From NCBI GenBank assembly GCA_031278295.1, contig JAITKQ010000016.1:1-26598 (forward strand): a stretch of DNA of 26,598 nt. Reading direction: 5' to 3'. The notes beneath the pieces were generated by a model. It searched no databases and was not told the DNA's origin. It saw only the letters and a list, made by a program, of their open reading frames with translations. The stretch is from Spirochaetaceae bacterium (lineage in GTDB: Bacteria; Spirochaetota; Spirochaetia; Treponematales; Breznakiellaceae). Each line of letters starts with the position of its first letter. Positions within the stretch are counted from its first letter, which is position 1. A program made the position numbers and the translations under genes. Of the stretch, positions 7,435 to 16,986 are shown piece after piece.

Positions 7435-8067
7435 ATGATAAAGGAATTTACAGCGTATGACACGGTGCGGAACAATGCGATAAGGCTGGCGGCGCGGATT
7501 TACGATGACGGGTTTGTACCGGATGTTATATACGTTTCCCTGCGGGGCGGGGCCTACCTTGGTAATGTTATCAGCGAGTACTTTAAGCTTGTCCGCCGGA
7601 AACAGCGCCCCGTATACTACGCCGCCGTGGTGGCGCGGTCTTATACGGATGTGGCGCAGGCGGAGCGCGTAGCCGTTGACGGCTGGACCTACGCGCCTGA
7701 GTATTTGCGGAACGGGGACAAGGTGCTGCTTGTCGATGATATTTTTGATTCCGGGCACACATTGAATCATTTGGCGAACATTATCATGGAAAAAGGCATT
7801 CCGCGCCGCGATCTGAAGATAGCGGTACATGATTACAAACATTTTTATGACCTTGAAAGCCAGTACCCCGTGCAACCCGATTACTGGTGTCGTAAAATCG
7901 ATCTTTCGCTGAAGGACGAGGCGCTGTGGGTACACTACCTGAGCCATGAGCTTGTAGGGCTTTCCGCCGCTGAGGTCGAGGAATACTACTATTCAAAAGA
8001 CGCGGACTTGCGGCCATTTCTGGATGTTTTGGCTACGAAGGACGACAATGATTTGCGGGATCGATGA
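7435..8067 (+). CDS. Type I phosphoribosyltransferase (purine salvage PRTase-like), 210 aa
   Basis: PRPP-binding motif KVLLVDDIFDSGHTL and N-terminal VSLRGG; start placed at ATG 7435 rather than GTG 7348. Confidence 0.85.
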   Translation: MIKEFTAYDTVRNNAIRLAARIYDDGFVPDVIYVSLRGGAYLGNVISEYFKLVRRKQRPVYYAAVVARSYTDVAQAERVAVDGWTYAPEYLRNGDKVLLVDDIFDSGHTLNHLANIIMEKGIPRRDLKIAVHDYKHFYDLESQYPVQPDYWCRKIDLSLKDEALWVHYLSHELVGLSAAEVEEYYYSKDADLRPFLDVLATKDDNDLRDR

Positions 8068-8692
8068 GGCCGGGCGGGGGCCGCTGGCAGGGCCGGTATG
8101 CGCGGCGGCGGTCGTGCTGCCGGAGGATTTTCCTCGGGGTATACTGGGCGATTCAAAAAAACTCAGCGAACGCAGGCGGGAGGAGGCGGCGGAACTTATC
8201 TACGGAAAGGCGTCCGCCTGGGGGGTGGGCTGGGCTACCCATTCGGAGATAGACAAGGTGAACATACTGCGGGCCAGCCTTCTTGCGATGATGCGGGCTT
8301 TCCACGCGATGATGGAGGAGGCCGACGAGGCTTTTTTGCGGAAGATGCTTGACGCGCCCAGGTTTGAGGTGATCGTTGACGGCAACCACAGCCCCGATAT
8401 ACCTTGCCCGAAACGGGACGCCTTTTCGTACGACGGCGATTTTTCGTGCCGCGCCCTGGTCAAGGCTGACGCGCAGGTACATGAGGTGATGGCGGCATCC
8501 ATACTGGCAAAAACGATGCGTGACGCGCTGATGCGTGACTTTGCGTTGATGTACCCGGCCTATGGCTATGAAAAGCACAAGGGCTATCCCACGAAGGAAC
8601 ACATAGAGGCTTTGAAAAAGGTAGGCCCATCGCCGATCCAGCGCCTGACCTTTGCCTACGGGGAAAAATTGAACCGGTACGGGCGCCGGTGA
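8048..8692 (+). CDS. rnhB: Ribonuclease HII, 214 aa
   Basis: MICGIDEAGRGPLAGPV, DSKKLS, VDGN, KAD, AASILAK, GYEKHKGYPTKEH; start ATG 8048 overlaps the end of the PRTase gene. Confidence 0.96.
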   Translation: MICGIDEAGRGPLAGPVCAAAVVLPEDFPRGILGDSKKLSERRREEAAELIYGKASAWGVGWATHSEIDKVNILRASLLAMMRAFHAMMEEADEAFLRKMLDAPRFEVIVDGNHSPDIPCPKRDAFSYDGDFSCRALVKADAQVHEVMAASILAKTMRDALMRDFALMYPAYGYEKHKGYPTKEHIEALKKVGPSPIQRLTFAYGEKLNRYGRR

Positions 8693-8738
8693 ATTTTAGG
8701 CATGACCCTGGATTTGGCGCGGTGATATATTTTAGAAT

Positions 8739-11156
8739 ATGGCTCTAGCGGAAAAGAACATGCTACGCCGTTTTGCGGCTTCGGCTTTTGCGGCGTTCGT
8801 TACCCTTTATCTGGCAGTATATTTTCTTTACACGCCGCGGCTGGGACCGCACTATGATTTTTTGGCGGAAGTACGCCCGCGCCTGAAAGCGTCCCGTCCG
8901 TTCGGGGTGGGGGCGCGGACGGACGCTACGGACGGCGCACGGCAGGATACGCCCGCGGAACAGGCCGCGGCCCGCGAGATTCTGCTTATCGAAAGCGGTT
9001 CAGGGACTGAAAACCTTATCGCGGCCTCTACCGCCTTCGCGCTGATAATGACTCTGACCGAGATGAACGCCTCCTCCCTGCTGATCGAAACGCCGGTACT
9101 CGGCGTTTCGAGCGGACGCGCCCCGGGCGAGGCGGATCTGGTCTACCGCTTCGACGACGAGTTCAGCATCATCGAATCGAACATAAAGAATCTGTTTGAC
9201 GGCATCAGACTCGGTTCCATCATCCCGCGTGACGCCGCCCGTTATGTTGACGATGTGATAAAGCTGACGGAACAGGGCAAAAACCGGCTGCTTTCCGCCG
9301 CCGTGCAGGGTGACGAAGAACAGGCGGAGCGTCTGGAAAACGCGTCGTCCGTTTTTGGCGCCGTGTACATACCGGGCGACCTGCTTGTCGATGTGATTAG
9401 GCCGGGAAACAGGGCCCGGCCACCGATGAACCGGCTCTACGTCCCCGTCTACTCCCGTCCGCCGCCGGACGCGGACGGGAAGGTACGCCGGATAGCGCCG
9501 GTTCTAAGCGACCCGGACGGCCAGGAGTACGAGTACGCCGCGTACAGCGCGCTGAAAAAGCGGTATTCAAAATCGGAACTGAAGGCAGCTGACGACGGGT
9601 TTATCCTCGAATTCGCCGCTAAAGCGCAGGACGGTGAGTCAGACGATCAAATTTTTGTGCTGGACAGTAACGCGGCCCTGCTGTTTGGCGTACCCACCGG
9701 CGGCGGCGGCGCGTTCAGAAAAATAGAACTTGCCCTGTTCCTGGAATATAACGAAGCGGACAGTATGTTGTACCGACTGCTCGACGAAGCTCCGACGCTT
9801 GCGCGGTACGCCGACATCTCGGTAGAAAACTACCCGCCCTTTCTGTACGAACAGGCCCTGCTGGTCCGTGAAACACTGCTGGAAAATCCTGAGACGGAGT
9901 TGAAAGAGCGCTGGAAGTATTTACGCGCCGCTTATTACGATGCCCTGGATAAATTTTTTGATCCGGACAGCGGCGCGGGTGCAAAAATAAGGTCCTCGTT
10001 CCGCAGCCTGGAGGAGAGGGAAAATCTTGATGAGGCGGGCCTGGCAAGGCTCGCCGCGTTACGAAATGAACAGATGGAAATGTTTGGTACCGCAAGGGAG
10101 CTATACATGGACCTCGCCACGCAACGTAAAAAACTTGGGGAACAGCTAAACGCTTCGTTCTGTATTTTGGGCCCTGTTTCACGCGACACGGAGCTTTCCG
10201 CCATGTTTGTCAACAGCATCATAACCGGAAACTATACGGTTCCCGCAAACATTAAACAGATCCTGTTCAGCTCCATTGCGGTTGTCCTGCTACTACTGTT
10301 TGCGGTATCCCGTATGGGGCCGGTACTGTCGTTTTGCTTTTCCTTTTTGATGACGGTACTTACAGTCCTTGGCTTTTCTTGCGGCTTTGTACTGAGCGGC
10401 TTGTGGATAGATCCCTTAATTCCCGGCGTGTCCCTGGCGGCCGGCGCCGTCGTGTCATCGTTGTACGCCGTATCCATAAAGAAACGGTCCGAAATACAGC
10501 TGCGTTGCGCCTGCGGAGCGATCGCTCCCGAAACTTACCTGAAAGCGATGGCGCGAAGCGGCGGCTTGATCGGCGAAAAGGAAACAAGGTGCAAGGCCGC
10601 CGTAGTCTTCGTACGCCGCCCCGATCTCGCCGCGCTCGAAAACAGCGCCGACCCGCAAAAATCCGCAGCCGCGTTGAAACATTTCAGAAATGAAATAGGC
10701 GCGGCCTTCGTCAAAGCCGGCGCCGTGATAATAGGCTGCGAAGGGGAAACCTTAAGCGCCGCCTTTGGTTCGCCGCCGGAACGTCTTGCCACGAATAAAT
10801 CCAAAAAACAGCGGGGCGCGAAAGCGGGGAAAAACGCCGTCGCCAGGGCGGCCGGTATGGTAAACGACTTACTGGCCTCCCGGCCGCCCCACGCCGGCGG
10901 GCTGTACATAGGCATAGACTACGGCGAATGTGTGTTCGGCTACACCCCCCTCGCCGGTTATACCGCGACAGGCAGCGCCGTTTTCCGTTCACGCCTCCTG
11001 TCCGCTCTTGCCCGGAAAACCAAGACGGGCGCGCTGATAAGCAAGGCTGCGGGTGACAGGCTGGATTCCGGACTCTTGGTACGCGCGCCGGAGGGCGCGG
11101 CGGAGGGCGAGTTGTACTACCGGCTTGCGTCCTCGCCGCCGTCCGGCGCCCCGTAA
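8739..11156 (+). CDS. Membrane protein, 805 aa: N-terminal TM, CHASE2-like extracytoplasmic region, about 3-4 TM helices, C-terminal degenerate class III nucleotide-cyclase-like domain
   Basis: DADGKVRRIAPV resembles the CHASE2 DxDGxVRR motif; hydrophobic stretches around 10260-10480; C-terminus AAVVFVRRPDLA...GCEGETLSAAFGSP...LYIGIDYGECVFG...YTATGSAVFRSRLL follows the adenylate/guanylate cyclase fold pattern. Assignment by eye only. Confidence 0.62.
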   Translation: MALAEKNMLRRFAASAFAAFVTLYLAVYFLYTPRLGPHYDFLAEVRPRLKASRPFGVGARTDATDGARQDTPAEQAAAREILLIESGSGTENLIAASTAFALIMTLTEMNASSLLIETPVLGVSSGRAPGEADLVYRFDDEFSIIESNIKNLFDGIRLGSIIPRDAARYVDDVIKLTEQGKNRLLSAAVQGDEEQAERLENASSVFGAVYIPGDLLVDVIRPGNRARPPMNRLYVPVYSRPPPDADGKVRRIAPVLSDPDGQEYEYAAYSALKKRYSKSELKAADDGFILEFAAKAQDGESDDQIFVLDSNAALLFGVPTGGGGAFRKIELALFLEYNEADSMLYRLLDEAPTLARYADISVENYPPFLYEQALLVRETLLENPETELKERWKYLRAAYYDALDKFFDPDSGAGAKIRSSFRSLEERENLDEAGLARLAALRNEQMEMFGTARELYMDLATQRKKLGEQLNASFCILGPVSRDTELSAMFVNSIITGNYTVPANIKQILFSSIAVVLLLLFAVSRMGPVLSFCFSFLMTVLTVLGFSCGFVLSGLWIDPLIPGVSLAAGAVVSSLYAVSIKKRSEIQLRCACGAIAPETYLKAMARSGGLIGEKETRCKAAVVFVRRPDLAALENSADPQKSAAALKHFRNEIGAAFVKAGAVIIGCEGETLSAAFGSPPERLATNKSKKQRGAKAGKNAVARAAGMVNDLLASRPPHAGGLYIGIDYGECVFGYTPLAGYTATGSAVFRSRLLSALARKTKTGALISKAAGDRLDSGLLVRAPEGAAEGELYYRLASSPPSGAP

Positions 11157-11198
11157 GAAGCGGCCCAAATGCCAAGGTCAACGCCGGCATCCCGGCTA

Positions 11199-11212
11199 CC
11201 CCCCCCCCCCCC
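11199..11212. repeat. C14 homopolymer in the convergent intergenic region
   Basis: 14 consecutive C. Confidence 0.9.
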
Positions 11213-11554
11213 ATCCCTAGAGTATAAACTTGACCGGAAATTCGGACTTTCCGGCCGTTTCAGGACAGACCTTTCCCGCGCGGGTTTTCGGTTCGAGGCG
11301 AAAATGGCGGTTGCTGCGGAATTCAGGGACGAGCCAGGCCGCTATCCGGGCACGGGGACGGCGGGAAAAGGAACGAATACCGGTACTGTTAGACGGAGAA
11401 AACAAACGGCGTGGTCAAATGAATAGTTTGGGCGCTTGCTATTTCAAGCGCCGATCGCCTACCCTTCAGCATAATTTGTATGCGCCGGCCCTGCGGCCTT
11501 TGGTAAGGAATTCCGGTATGGTACAGGGTTTAGGCCGTGCCTTCCGGCAAATGT

Positions 11555-13369
11555 TCATTCGGTTGGTATTTCCGGCGTTTGGTTTTCCGTATTTTCAGGC
11601 TGGTTTTCTTCGGATTCCTCGGCTTCCTCGTCTTCGACCGGCTCCAATGCGGGGGAGATTTCATTGTAAAGCAGGGCTATTTCGGTTATAACGGCGCTCA
11701 CACCGGCAGCGGTACCTTCTTCCTCTTTTTCAGTTTCAAAACTACCGCCCAAGCGGACGCCGCCTTCACCATTTGGGATAAAATTGACGGTGAGCCTTTC
11801 CCATGTATCCACATTTCTTGTTTTTTCGTTTTCAAGACCGGTGCTGACCTCTATATGGTTTTCAAAAAACCGGAAATCAATGGCGACCGACACAAATCCG
11901 TCCCCGTCAAGCGGCAACGAAGGCCGTGTCTCCAAAATTTCCTCATTGCAGGCCGCTTGGAGTATAAGGGAATTTTCGGCTAGTAAAAGCTGTACCGTAC
12001 AGACACCTTCGATACCTTCACTGTCCGCGCCCCGCAACTCGGCCTGTAAAACCGGTTTTTCGACAGCCGTGTTGTTCCGCGGCACGAAGCGGAATATAAT
12101 TTCGGCGCTACCTTCGTCCGGTTTTACATATTTGAACAAGGAATCGGGAAGTTTGTAAACATCGTCCGCTCCTACCGCAAGTCCATAGGTGCTGAAAACC
12201 GGCAGCCAGAGGGGGTCTTCCTCATCGTCCGCCCGGGTAAGCAGGGCGCCCGTGCTTACAGGATCCTTCGTATCAGCCAGGTTGCCCCACAGCCGGTACC
12301 ATCGGCTGATCTGCACTTCCATGTCGGCATAGTACCCGTTCCGCCCGTGACGGCTCGATACGGGAAGCGAAACGGCATGATTTATGCCGCGTATTGCCGG
12401 CGCATTCCCAATCGGATCGAACGGAAAGACCTCGACCCTGATGTTCTGAAATCCGGTCTGTACCGGAGCGTTCCAGAATATACGGGATGCGCCGTCATTT
12501 ACAAAACCTTCGCCTATTTGATGTTTACCGTTATACCAAACGATGTAAGGCTTTATGTCGTAAGCGGTATTTATGTTTGCCTCGAGCATTATTTTTTCAC
12601 CGGGCGGAACTATACCGGACGAGGAGGAAACGCCGGGAATGTAGCTGACAATGCCCTCCACAGCAAGCTCCCTCTCCGCGGTATAGAAAAACGGTTTTTC
12701 TACACTGTTAAGCAGCGTACCGTTGGCGGCGATTATTTCAAACACTATGCTGTAAAAACCCAAAGCCATACCGGGATCAAGCATCATGGCAGGAAGTTCA
12801 TCGTTAAAATTTTTTATCGTAATTATGGTTTCAAGCGGCTCTAACACCTCTTCCGCCCCGTCAACTCCGGCAGTCCCGCTTTTTATCACGGACGCGCCGT
12901 CCTCTTCCGTGTCACCGGTGGTGGAAAGCGTACCGCCGGCGGAAGAAAGGCTGCCGGTGGTGGAAAGCGTACCGCCGTCCGCAGTCTTACCGGAAAGCGC
13001 GCTCTCTGCGTCCTCATCTTCCGTAATTGAAGCGGAATCGGGTTCCGTAGTATCCTTGACGGTGACGGAATCGGTTTCACCCTGTATGGAGAAATTGTAC
13101 CGTCTACGGAAGCCGGTTTCTTTACCCGTGTAATCTTTCAGGTAAATGACAAGTGCCGCTATGTCCGGGTCACCCCTCACATTGAAATCGAAATATGGTG
13201 AAATCCGGCTTTCTTTTGAAAGAATGGCGCACTCATCCATGGAAAGGCCGTTTACCAACGCGTTTACCTTGTAAGCTTTGCCCGGCGAAAGGGCCATATC
13301 CAGATCGCCGCATCCGAAAAGAACAGCGACCAGAATCAAAAAAGCCGGTAAACCCCTTGGAATACACAT
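11555..13369 (-). CDS. Hypothetical lipoprotein, 604 aa, with low-complexity acidic linker and acidic C-terminal tail (C-terminal region possibly a jelly-roll/LamG-like fold, low confidence)
   Basis: Start moved to ATG 13369 giving signal peptide MCIPRGLPAFLILVAVLFGC (lipobox Cys20); 24-bp direct repeat at 12915-12938 / 12954-12977 (GGTLSTTG x2). Confidence 0.75.
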   Translation of the reverse strand: MCIPRGLPAFLILVAVLFGCGDLDMALSPGKAYKVNALVNGLSMDECAILSKESRISPYFDFNVRGDPDIAALVIYLKDYTGKETGFRRRYNFSIQGETDSVTVKDTTEPDSASITEDEDAESALSGKTADGGTLSTTGSLSSAGGTLSTTGDTEEDGASVIKSGTAGVDGAEEVLEPLETIITIKNFNDELPAMMLDPGMALGFYSIVFEIIAANGTLLNSVEKPFFYTAERELAVEGIVSYIPGVSSSSGIVPPGEKIMLEANINTAYDIKPYIVWYNGKHQIGEGFVNDGASRIFWNAPVQTGFQNIRVEVFPFDPIGNAPAIRGINHAVSLPVSSRHGRNGYYADMEVQISRWYRLWGNLADTKDPVSTGALLTRADDEEDPLWLPVFSTYGLAVGADDVYKLPDSLFKYVKPDEGSAEIIFRFVPRNNTAVEKPVLQAELRGADSEGIEGVCTVQLLLAENSLILQAACNEEILETRPSLPLDGDGFVSVAIDFRFFENHIEVSTGLENEKTRNVDTWERLTVNFIPNGEGGVRLGGSFETEKEEEGTAAGVSAVITEIALLYNEISPALEPVEDEEAEESEENQPENTENQTPEIPTE

Positions 13370-13489
13370 TATATTCACATTATAGCGTAAGAAAAAACGA
13401 AACACAAATTTAAACGTAAATCGGCGGCCCGCCGGCGCCCCATACTGAAGGGACAGGACAGCTGCCACACCCCCACGTTGGAGGGCCCT

Positions 13490-13524
13490 TTGCGTTAAAC
13501 CCGCTGTCGGGGTATAATGAGATC
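13490..13524 (+). promoter_or_regulatory. Putative leaderless sigma70 promoter of clpC
   Basis: TTGCGT (13490-13495) - 17 bp - TATAAT (13513-13518) - 6 nt - ATG 13525; no SD. Confidence 0.68.
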
Positions 13525-16107
13525 ATGTTTAAAGGATTGACATTGCGCGCGCAACGGATTCTGGCTGTTGACGCGCAACAGGAAGCGCGGCGTTGCTTTT
13601 CGGCGCAACTTGAGCCTGAGCATATCCTGATCGCCATACTGCGCGACAGCGAAAGTGTTGCCGTTAAAGCGCTTCTATTTCTTCAGATTGATACGGTACA
13701 GCTCAGGAAAGCGATGGAGAGCATGGTGCTTTTTGAGGATAAAAACCCGGTTAAGTACGGCGTATTCGAGAATACGACCGCGCCGTTCTCAAAACGGACA
13801 AAACTTTTGCTGCAAAACGCGGAGGAGGAGAGCCGGAATTTGAACAGCGGCAGCATAGGTACGGAACACATACTTATCGCCGCGCTTTACGAGACGGACT
13901 CCTGCATACATGATTTTTTTGCGGCGCAGCTATCGGGCACCGGGGTGCTGAGGCTTGTTTTGCAGACAAACTTTAGGCAAAGTGCGGGCGGGGCCGGTAC
14001 AGACAAGGCCGGCGACGCGGCGATCGTGTCCGGCGTACCCGGATGTTTTCAGCCTTTTGTCGTGAGTGAAGCTCCGGCATGCATGGGGCGGAGCTTGAGG
14101 CAACAGAACTCGGCGCTTGATCAGTTTACACGCAGCCTGACAACGCTTGCGCTGGACGGCGAGCTCGATCCGGTGATTGGCCGCGAAAAAGAAATCCTGC
14201 GCATGGTTCGCATCATGTCGCGCCGTACCAAGAACAACCCGGTGCTGGTTGGCGAGGCGGGTACCGGAAAGAGCGCGATTGCCGAAGGCTTGGCCCAGTA
14301 CCTTGTGGGCCCGGATGCCCCGGCCGCGCTTTCCAGAACGCGTATACTGTCGCTTGACATGGGGGCCGTGGTGGCCGGTACAAAGTATCGCGGTGAATTC
14401 GAAGAAAGGATGAAACGTATCATCAAAGACGCGGAGCAGAACGCCAATATCGTGCTGTTCATTGATGAAATTCATACGGTTATCGGGGCCGGAAGCGCGG
14501 CGGGTACCCTTGACGCGAGCAATATGCTGAAACCGGCGCTGTCGCGGGGCAAATTTCAATGCATCGGGGCGACAACCCTTGCGGAATACCGAAAGTACAT
14601 AGAAAAGGATGGCGCCCTGGAACGCCGTTTTCAGATGATCCTGGTTGAGGAGCCGGATATTCCCACTACCGAGATGATTCTGCACGGTTTGGCGCCCCGC
14701 TACGCGGATTTTCACAACGTTACCTATTCCTCCGAGGCTATAAGCGCGACGGCCTTGCTTGCGTCGCGTTATATCAGCGGACGGATGATGCCCGACAAGG
14801 CGATTGACGTGCTGGACGAGGCGGGCGCGTTGAAGAAACTACGCTCCGCCTCCTCTTCCTCCTCCTCGCCCTGCCCCGCCGAAATTTCGCGTATAGAGCA
14901 GCATATTCTGGCGCTTGACGGGGAAACAAACGAAATGTTAAACACGGCGCATTTTGACGAGGCCCATGAACTGCGTGAAAGGGCACGGGAACTGCGTTCC
15001 GCCCTCGATTCAGCCCGCGCCGACTGGGAAAAGGCGGCCGGCAAGGGTTTTAACGAGGTTGACGAGGGGGATATACGCGAGGTGATCTCCGAGATGTGCG
15101 GCATACCGGTATTTCGCATCGAGGGGGCAGCCTCGAAACGGCTGTTGGGCATGGAGGATGAGCTGAAAACCGGCTTAATAGGTCAGGACGAGGCGGTTTC
15201 CCGCATAGTGGCGGCCATTCGCCGGGGAAAGGCGCGGCTTTCCGATCCGGACCGGCCATTGGGTACATTCCTGTTCATGGGACCGACCGGTGTCGGCAAG
15301 ACCTTGCTTGCGCGCCGCCTTGCCGAATACCTTTTTGGCGCGGAGGATGCGCTCTTCCGCATTGATATGTCAGACTTCATGGAACGGCATAACGCTTCCC
15401 GCCTCGTAGGTTCGCCGCCGGGTTACGTGGGCTACGATGAGGGCGGCCTTCTTACCGAAAAAATCAGGCGTAACCCCTACAGCGTCGTGCTGTTCGACGA
15501 GATTGAAAAGGCGCACCGTGATGTGTTCAACCTGCTGCTTCCGATCCTTGAGGAGGGTGAGCTGAAGGACAACCTTGGACACACGGTCAGTTTCCGCAAC
15601 GCGGTGATCATAATCACAAGCAACGCGGGCGCGGCCGAAATTTCGCGGGGAACGCTCGGGTTTACGGCGGGCGGCGTCGAGCCGAATTTCAAAGACATGG
15701 ACGAGGCGGCGCGGCGTGAGGCGCGCCGCCTGTTTACCCCGGAATTCCTGAACCGGCTTGACGATATAGTCGTATTCAAGCCGCTTGACGAGATTCAGCT
15801 TGACAGCATCCTTGACATTCAACTTACGGAATTCACGAAACGGCTGACTGCGGAGTACGGGCTGTCGCTACGGATAACACAGGAAGCGAGGAAAATACTG
15901 CTTGAAACAGGCCGCGATCCTAAGTACGGAGCGCGGCCGTTGCGGCGTAGCATACAGAATAACCTGGAGGCACCCCTGTCGTTGATGCTGCTTGCCGGCA
16001 AGATTCCGGCGGGAGCCGTGATTCTTGCCCACGCTGAAGACGGTAAAATTGAATTTGACTGGACTTTAGCCCAAGCGGACACGATCGAGCGGCCCTCCCC
16101 GGGTTAA
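13525..16107 (+). CDS. clpC: ATP-dependent Clp protease ATP-binding subunit, ClpC type, 860 aa
   Basis: Clp N-domain repeats (EPEHILIA, IGTEHILIA), NBD1 GEAGTGKS / LFIDEIH, short coiled-coil middle domain, NBD2 GPTGVGKT / LFDEIEKAH, ClpP-docking LGF loop (SRGTLGF). Confidence 0.9.
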   Translation: MFKGLTLRAQRILAVDAQQEARRCFSAQLEPEHILIAILRDSESVAVKALLFLQIDTVQLRKAMESMVLFEDKNPVKYGVFENTTAPFSKRTKLLLQNAEEESRNLNSGSIGTEHILIAALYETDSCIHDFFAAQLSGTGVLRLVLQTNFRQSAGGAGTDKAGDAAIVSGVPGCFQPFVVSEAPACMGRSLRQQNSALDQFTRSLTTLALDGELDPVIGREKEILRMVRIMSRRTKNNPVLVGEAGTGKSAIAEGLAQYLVGPDAPAALSRTRILSLDMGAVVAGTKYRGEFEERMKRIIKDAEQNANIVLFIDEIHTVIGAGSAAGTLDASNMLKPALSRGKFQCIGATTLAEYRKYIEKDGALERRFQMILVEEPDIPTTEMILHGLAPRYADFHNVTYSSEAISATALLASRYISGRMMPDKAIDVLDEAGALKKLRSASSSSSSPCPAEISRIEQHILALDGETNEMLNTAHFDEAHELRERARELRSALDSARADWEKAAGKGFNEVDEGDIREVISEMCGIPVFRIEGAASKRLLGMEDELKTGLIGQDEAVSRIVAAIRRGKARLSDPDRPLGTFLFMGPTGVGKTLLARRLAEYLFGAEDALFRIDMSDFMERHNASRLVGSPPGYVGYDEGGLLTEKIRRNPYSVVLFDEIEKAHRDVFNLLLPILEEGELKDNLGHTVSFRNAVIIITSNAGAAEISRGTLGFTAGGVEPNFKDMDEAARREARRLFTPEFLNRLDDIVVFKPLDEIQLDSILDIQLTEFTKRLTAEYGLSLRITQEARKILLETGRDPKYGARPLRRSIQNNLEAPLSLMLLAGKIPAGAVILAHAEDGKIEFDWTLAQADTIERPSPG

Positions 16108-16163
16108 ACCTAGCTTGTGGGCGAAATACCTTGTTTACCTGTTCCTTCACATTATAATTCACG

Positions 16164-16249
16164 GCTGTTCCAAAACTTCAGTTTGGGGGGAGACAAGCTT
16201 TTGCCCGGCAGCCTTTAAAAAAGCAGTTTTGTGGGGCTGTAAAAGAAGT
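16164..16249 (+). repeat. Interspersed ~90-bp intergenic repeat, copy A
   Basis: Aligns with 24493-24582: GCTGTTCCAAAACTT...GGGGAGACA...TTGCCCGGCA...TAAAAAA...GGGGCTGTAAAAGAAGT. Confidence 0.85.
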
Positions 16250-16272
16250 ACGGTAAGGAACCGTTCAGAAAT

Positions 16273-16295
16273 AACATGACCGTTCGGGTCATGTT
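16273..16295. other. 9-bp inverted repeat (hairpin or operator) between clpC and the moeA operon
   Basis: AACATGACC-GTTCG-GGTCATGTT. Confidence 0.45.
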
Positions 16296-16378
16296 CATTT
16301 CCTAATCGGGTAAGCAGTTAAAATGAAATGTAAGCGATGAGGCCGTGATAGGACGTTTCAAAAAGTAACCGAAAAGGC

Positions 16379-16413
16379 TTGCTATTTGCCTGGTTGGGAC
16401 GTAAAATTTAAAT
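16379..16413 (+). promoter_or_regulatory. Putative leaderless sigma70 promoter of the P-loop NTPase-moeA-radical SAM operon
   Basis: TTGCTA (16379-16384) - 17 bp - TAAAAT (16402-16407) - 6 nt - GTG 16414; no SD. Confidence 0.65.
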
Positions 16414-16974
16414 GTGAAAACGTACAAACGCCTTATCCTGGTCGGGTCTACCGGCCGTAATTCCGGCAAGACTTTTCTTGCGTCGGAGTTGATCAGGCGT
16501 TTCAAAGGGACGCCCGTCACGGCGCTAAAGGTTACCGGTATTGAGGAGCGGGACGGGCCCTGTCCGCGGGGCGGACAGGGCTGCGGCGCCTGTACGATAA
16601 ACGGGGACTTTTGCATAGACGAGGAATTTTCCGTCGGCGGCGCTAAGGATACATCGCTACTGCTTGCGGCGGGCGCCAAACGGGTGTTCTGGCTGCGCTG
16701 TCTACGAAAAGCCCTCTCCAGAGGTTTTGCCGCGTTTTTGGACCGTTCCGGCGCCGCGGGGCCGATAATCTGCGAATCGAACAGCTTGCGTGAGGTGCTT
16801 AAACCGGCGTTTTTTATCATGGTTTGCGATTCCCGCGGTAAAGGCGTTAAACCGTCCGCCCAAAAAGTTGCTGAAAAGGCGGATTTTACGCTGCAAAGCC
16901 CGATTTCCACGGATGATATTGAGGAATTACTGAAAGCCTTGTCAAAAAAAGGCTTTTCTTTTACGGAAAAATAA
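16414..16974 (+). CDS. Small P-loop NTPase (MobB-like fold) with a Cys-rich CPRGGQGCGAC motif, 186 aa
   Basis: Walker A-like GSTGRNSGKT, KDTSLLLAAGA, ICESNS; 12 bp upstream of moeA. Confidence 0.7.
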   Translation: MKTYKRLILVGSTGRNSGKTFLASELIRRFKGTPVTALKVTGIEERDGPCPRGGQGCGACTINGDFCIDEEFSVGGAKDTSLLLAAGAKRVFWLRCLRKALSRGFAAFLDRSGAAGPIICESNSLREVLKPAFFIMVCDSRGKGVKPSAQKVAEKADFTLQSPISTDDIEELLKALSKKGFSFTEK

Positions 16975-16986
16975 CGGAGCAAAAGT

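Noticed and set aside
11169-11691. Short plus-strand ORFs in the convergent intergenic region (11169-11426, 11230-11691)
   Set aside because: Cross the C14 tract and IR element or overlap the lipoprotein antisense; no RBS or motif.
13370-13468. N-terminal extension of the 637-aa ORF
   Set aside because: Starting at ATG 13369 yields a normal lipoprotein signal peptide; the extension overlaps the divergent promoter region.
13380-13524. CIRCE or CtsR heat-shock operator upstream of clpC
   Set aside because: Neither TTAGCACTC-N9-GAGTGCTAA nor tandem GTCAAA-type heptad repeats could be found.
14849-14868. Poly-Ser microsatellite (TCC/TCT) in clpC
   Set aside because: Short, in frame, at a domain junction; unlikely to be a switch.
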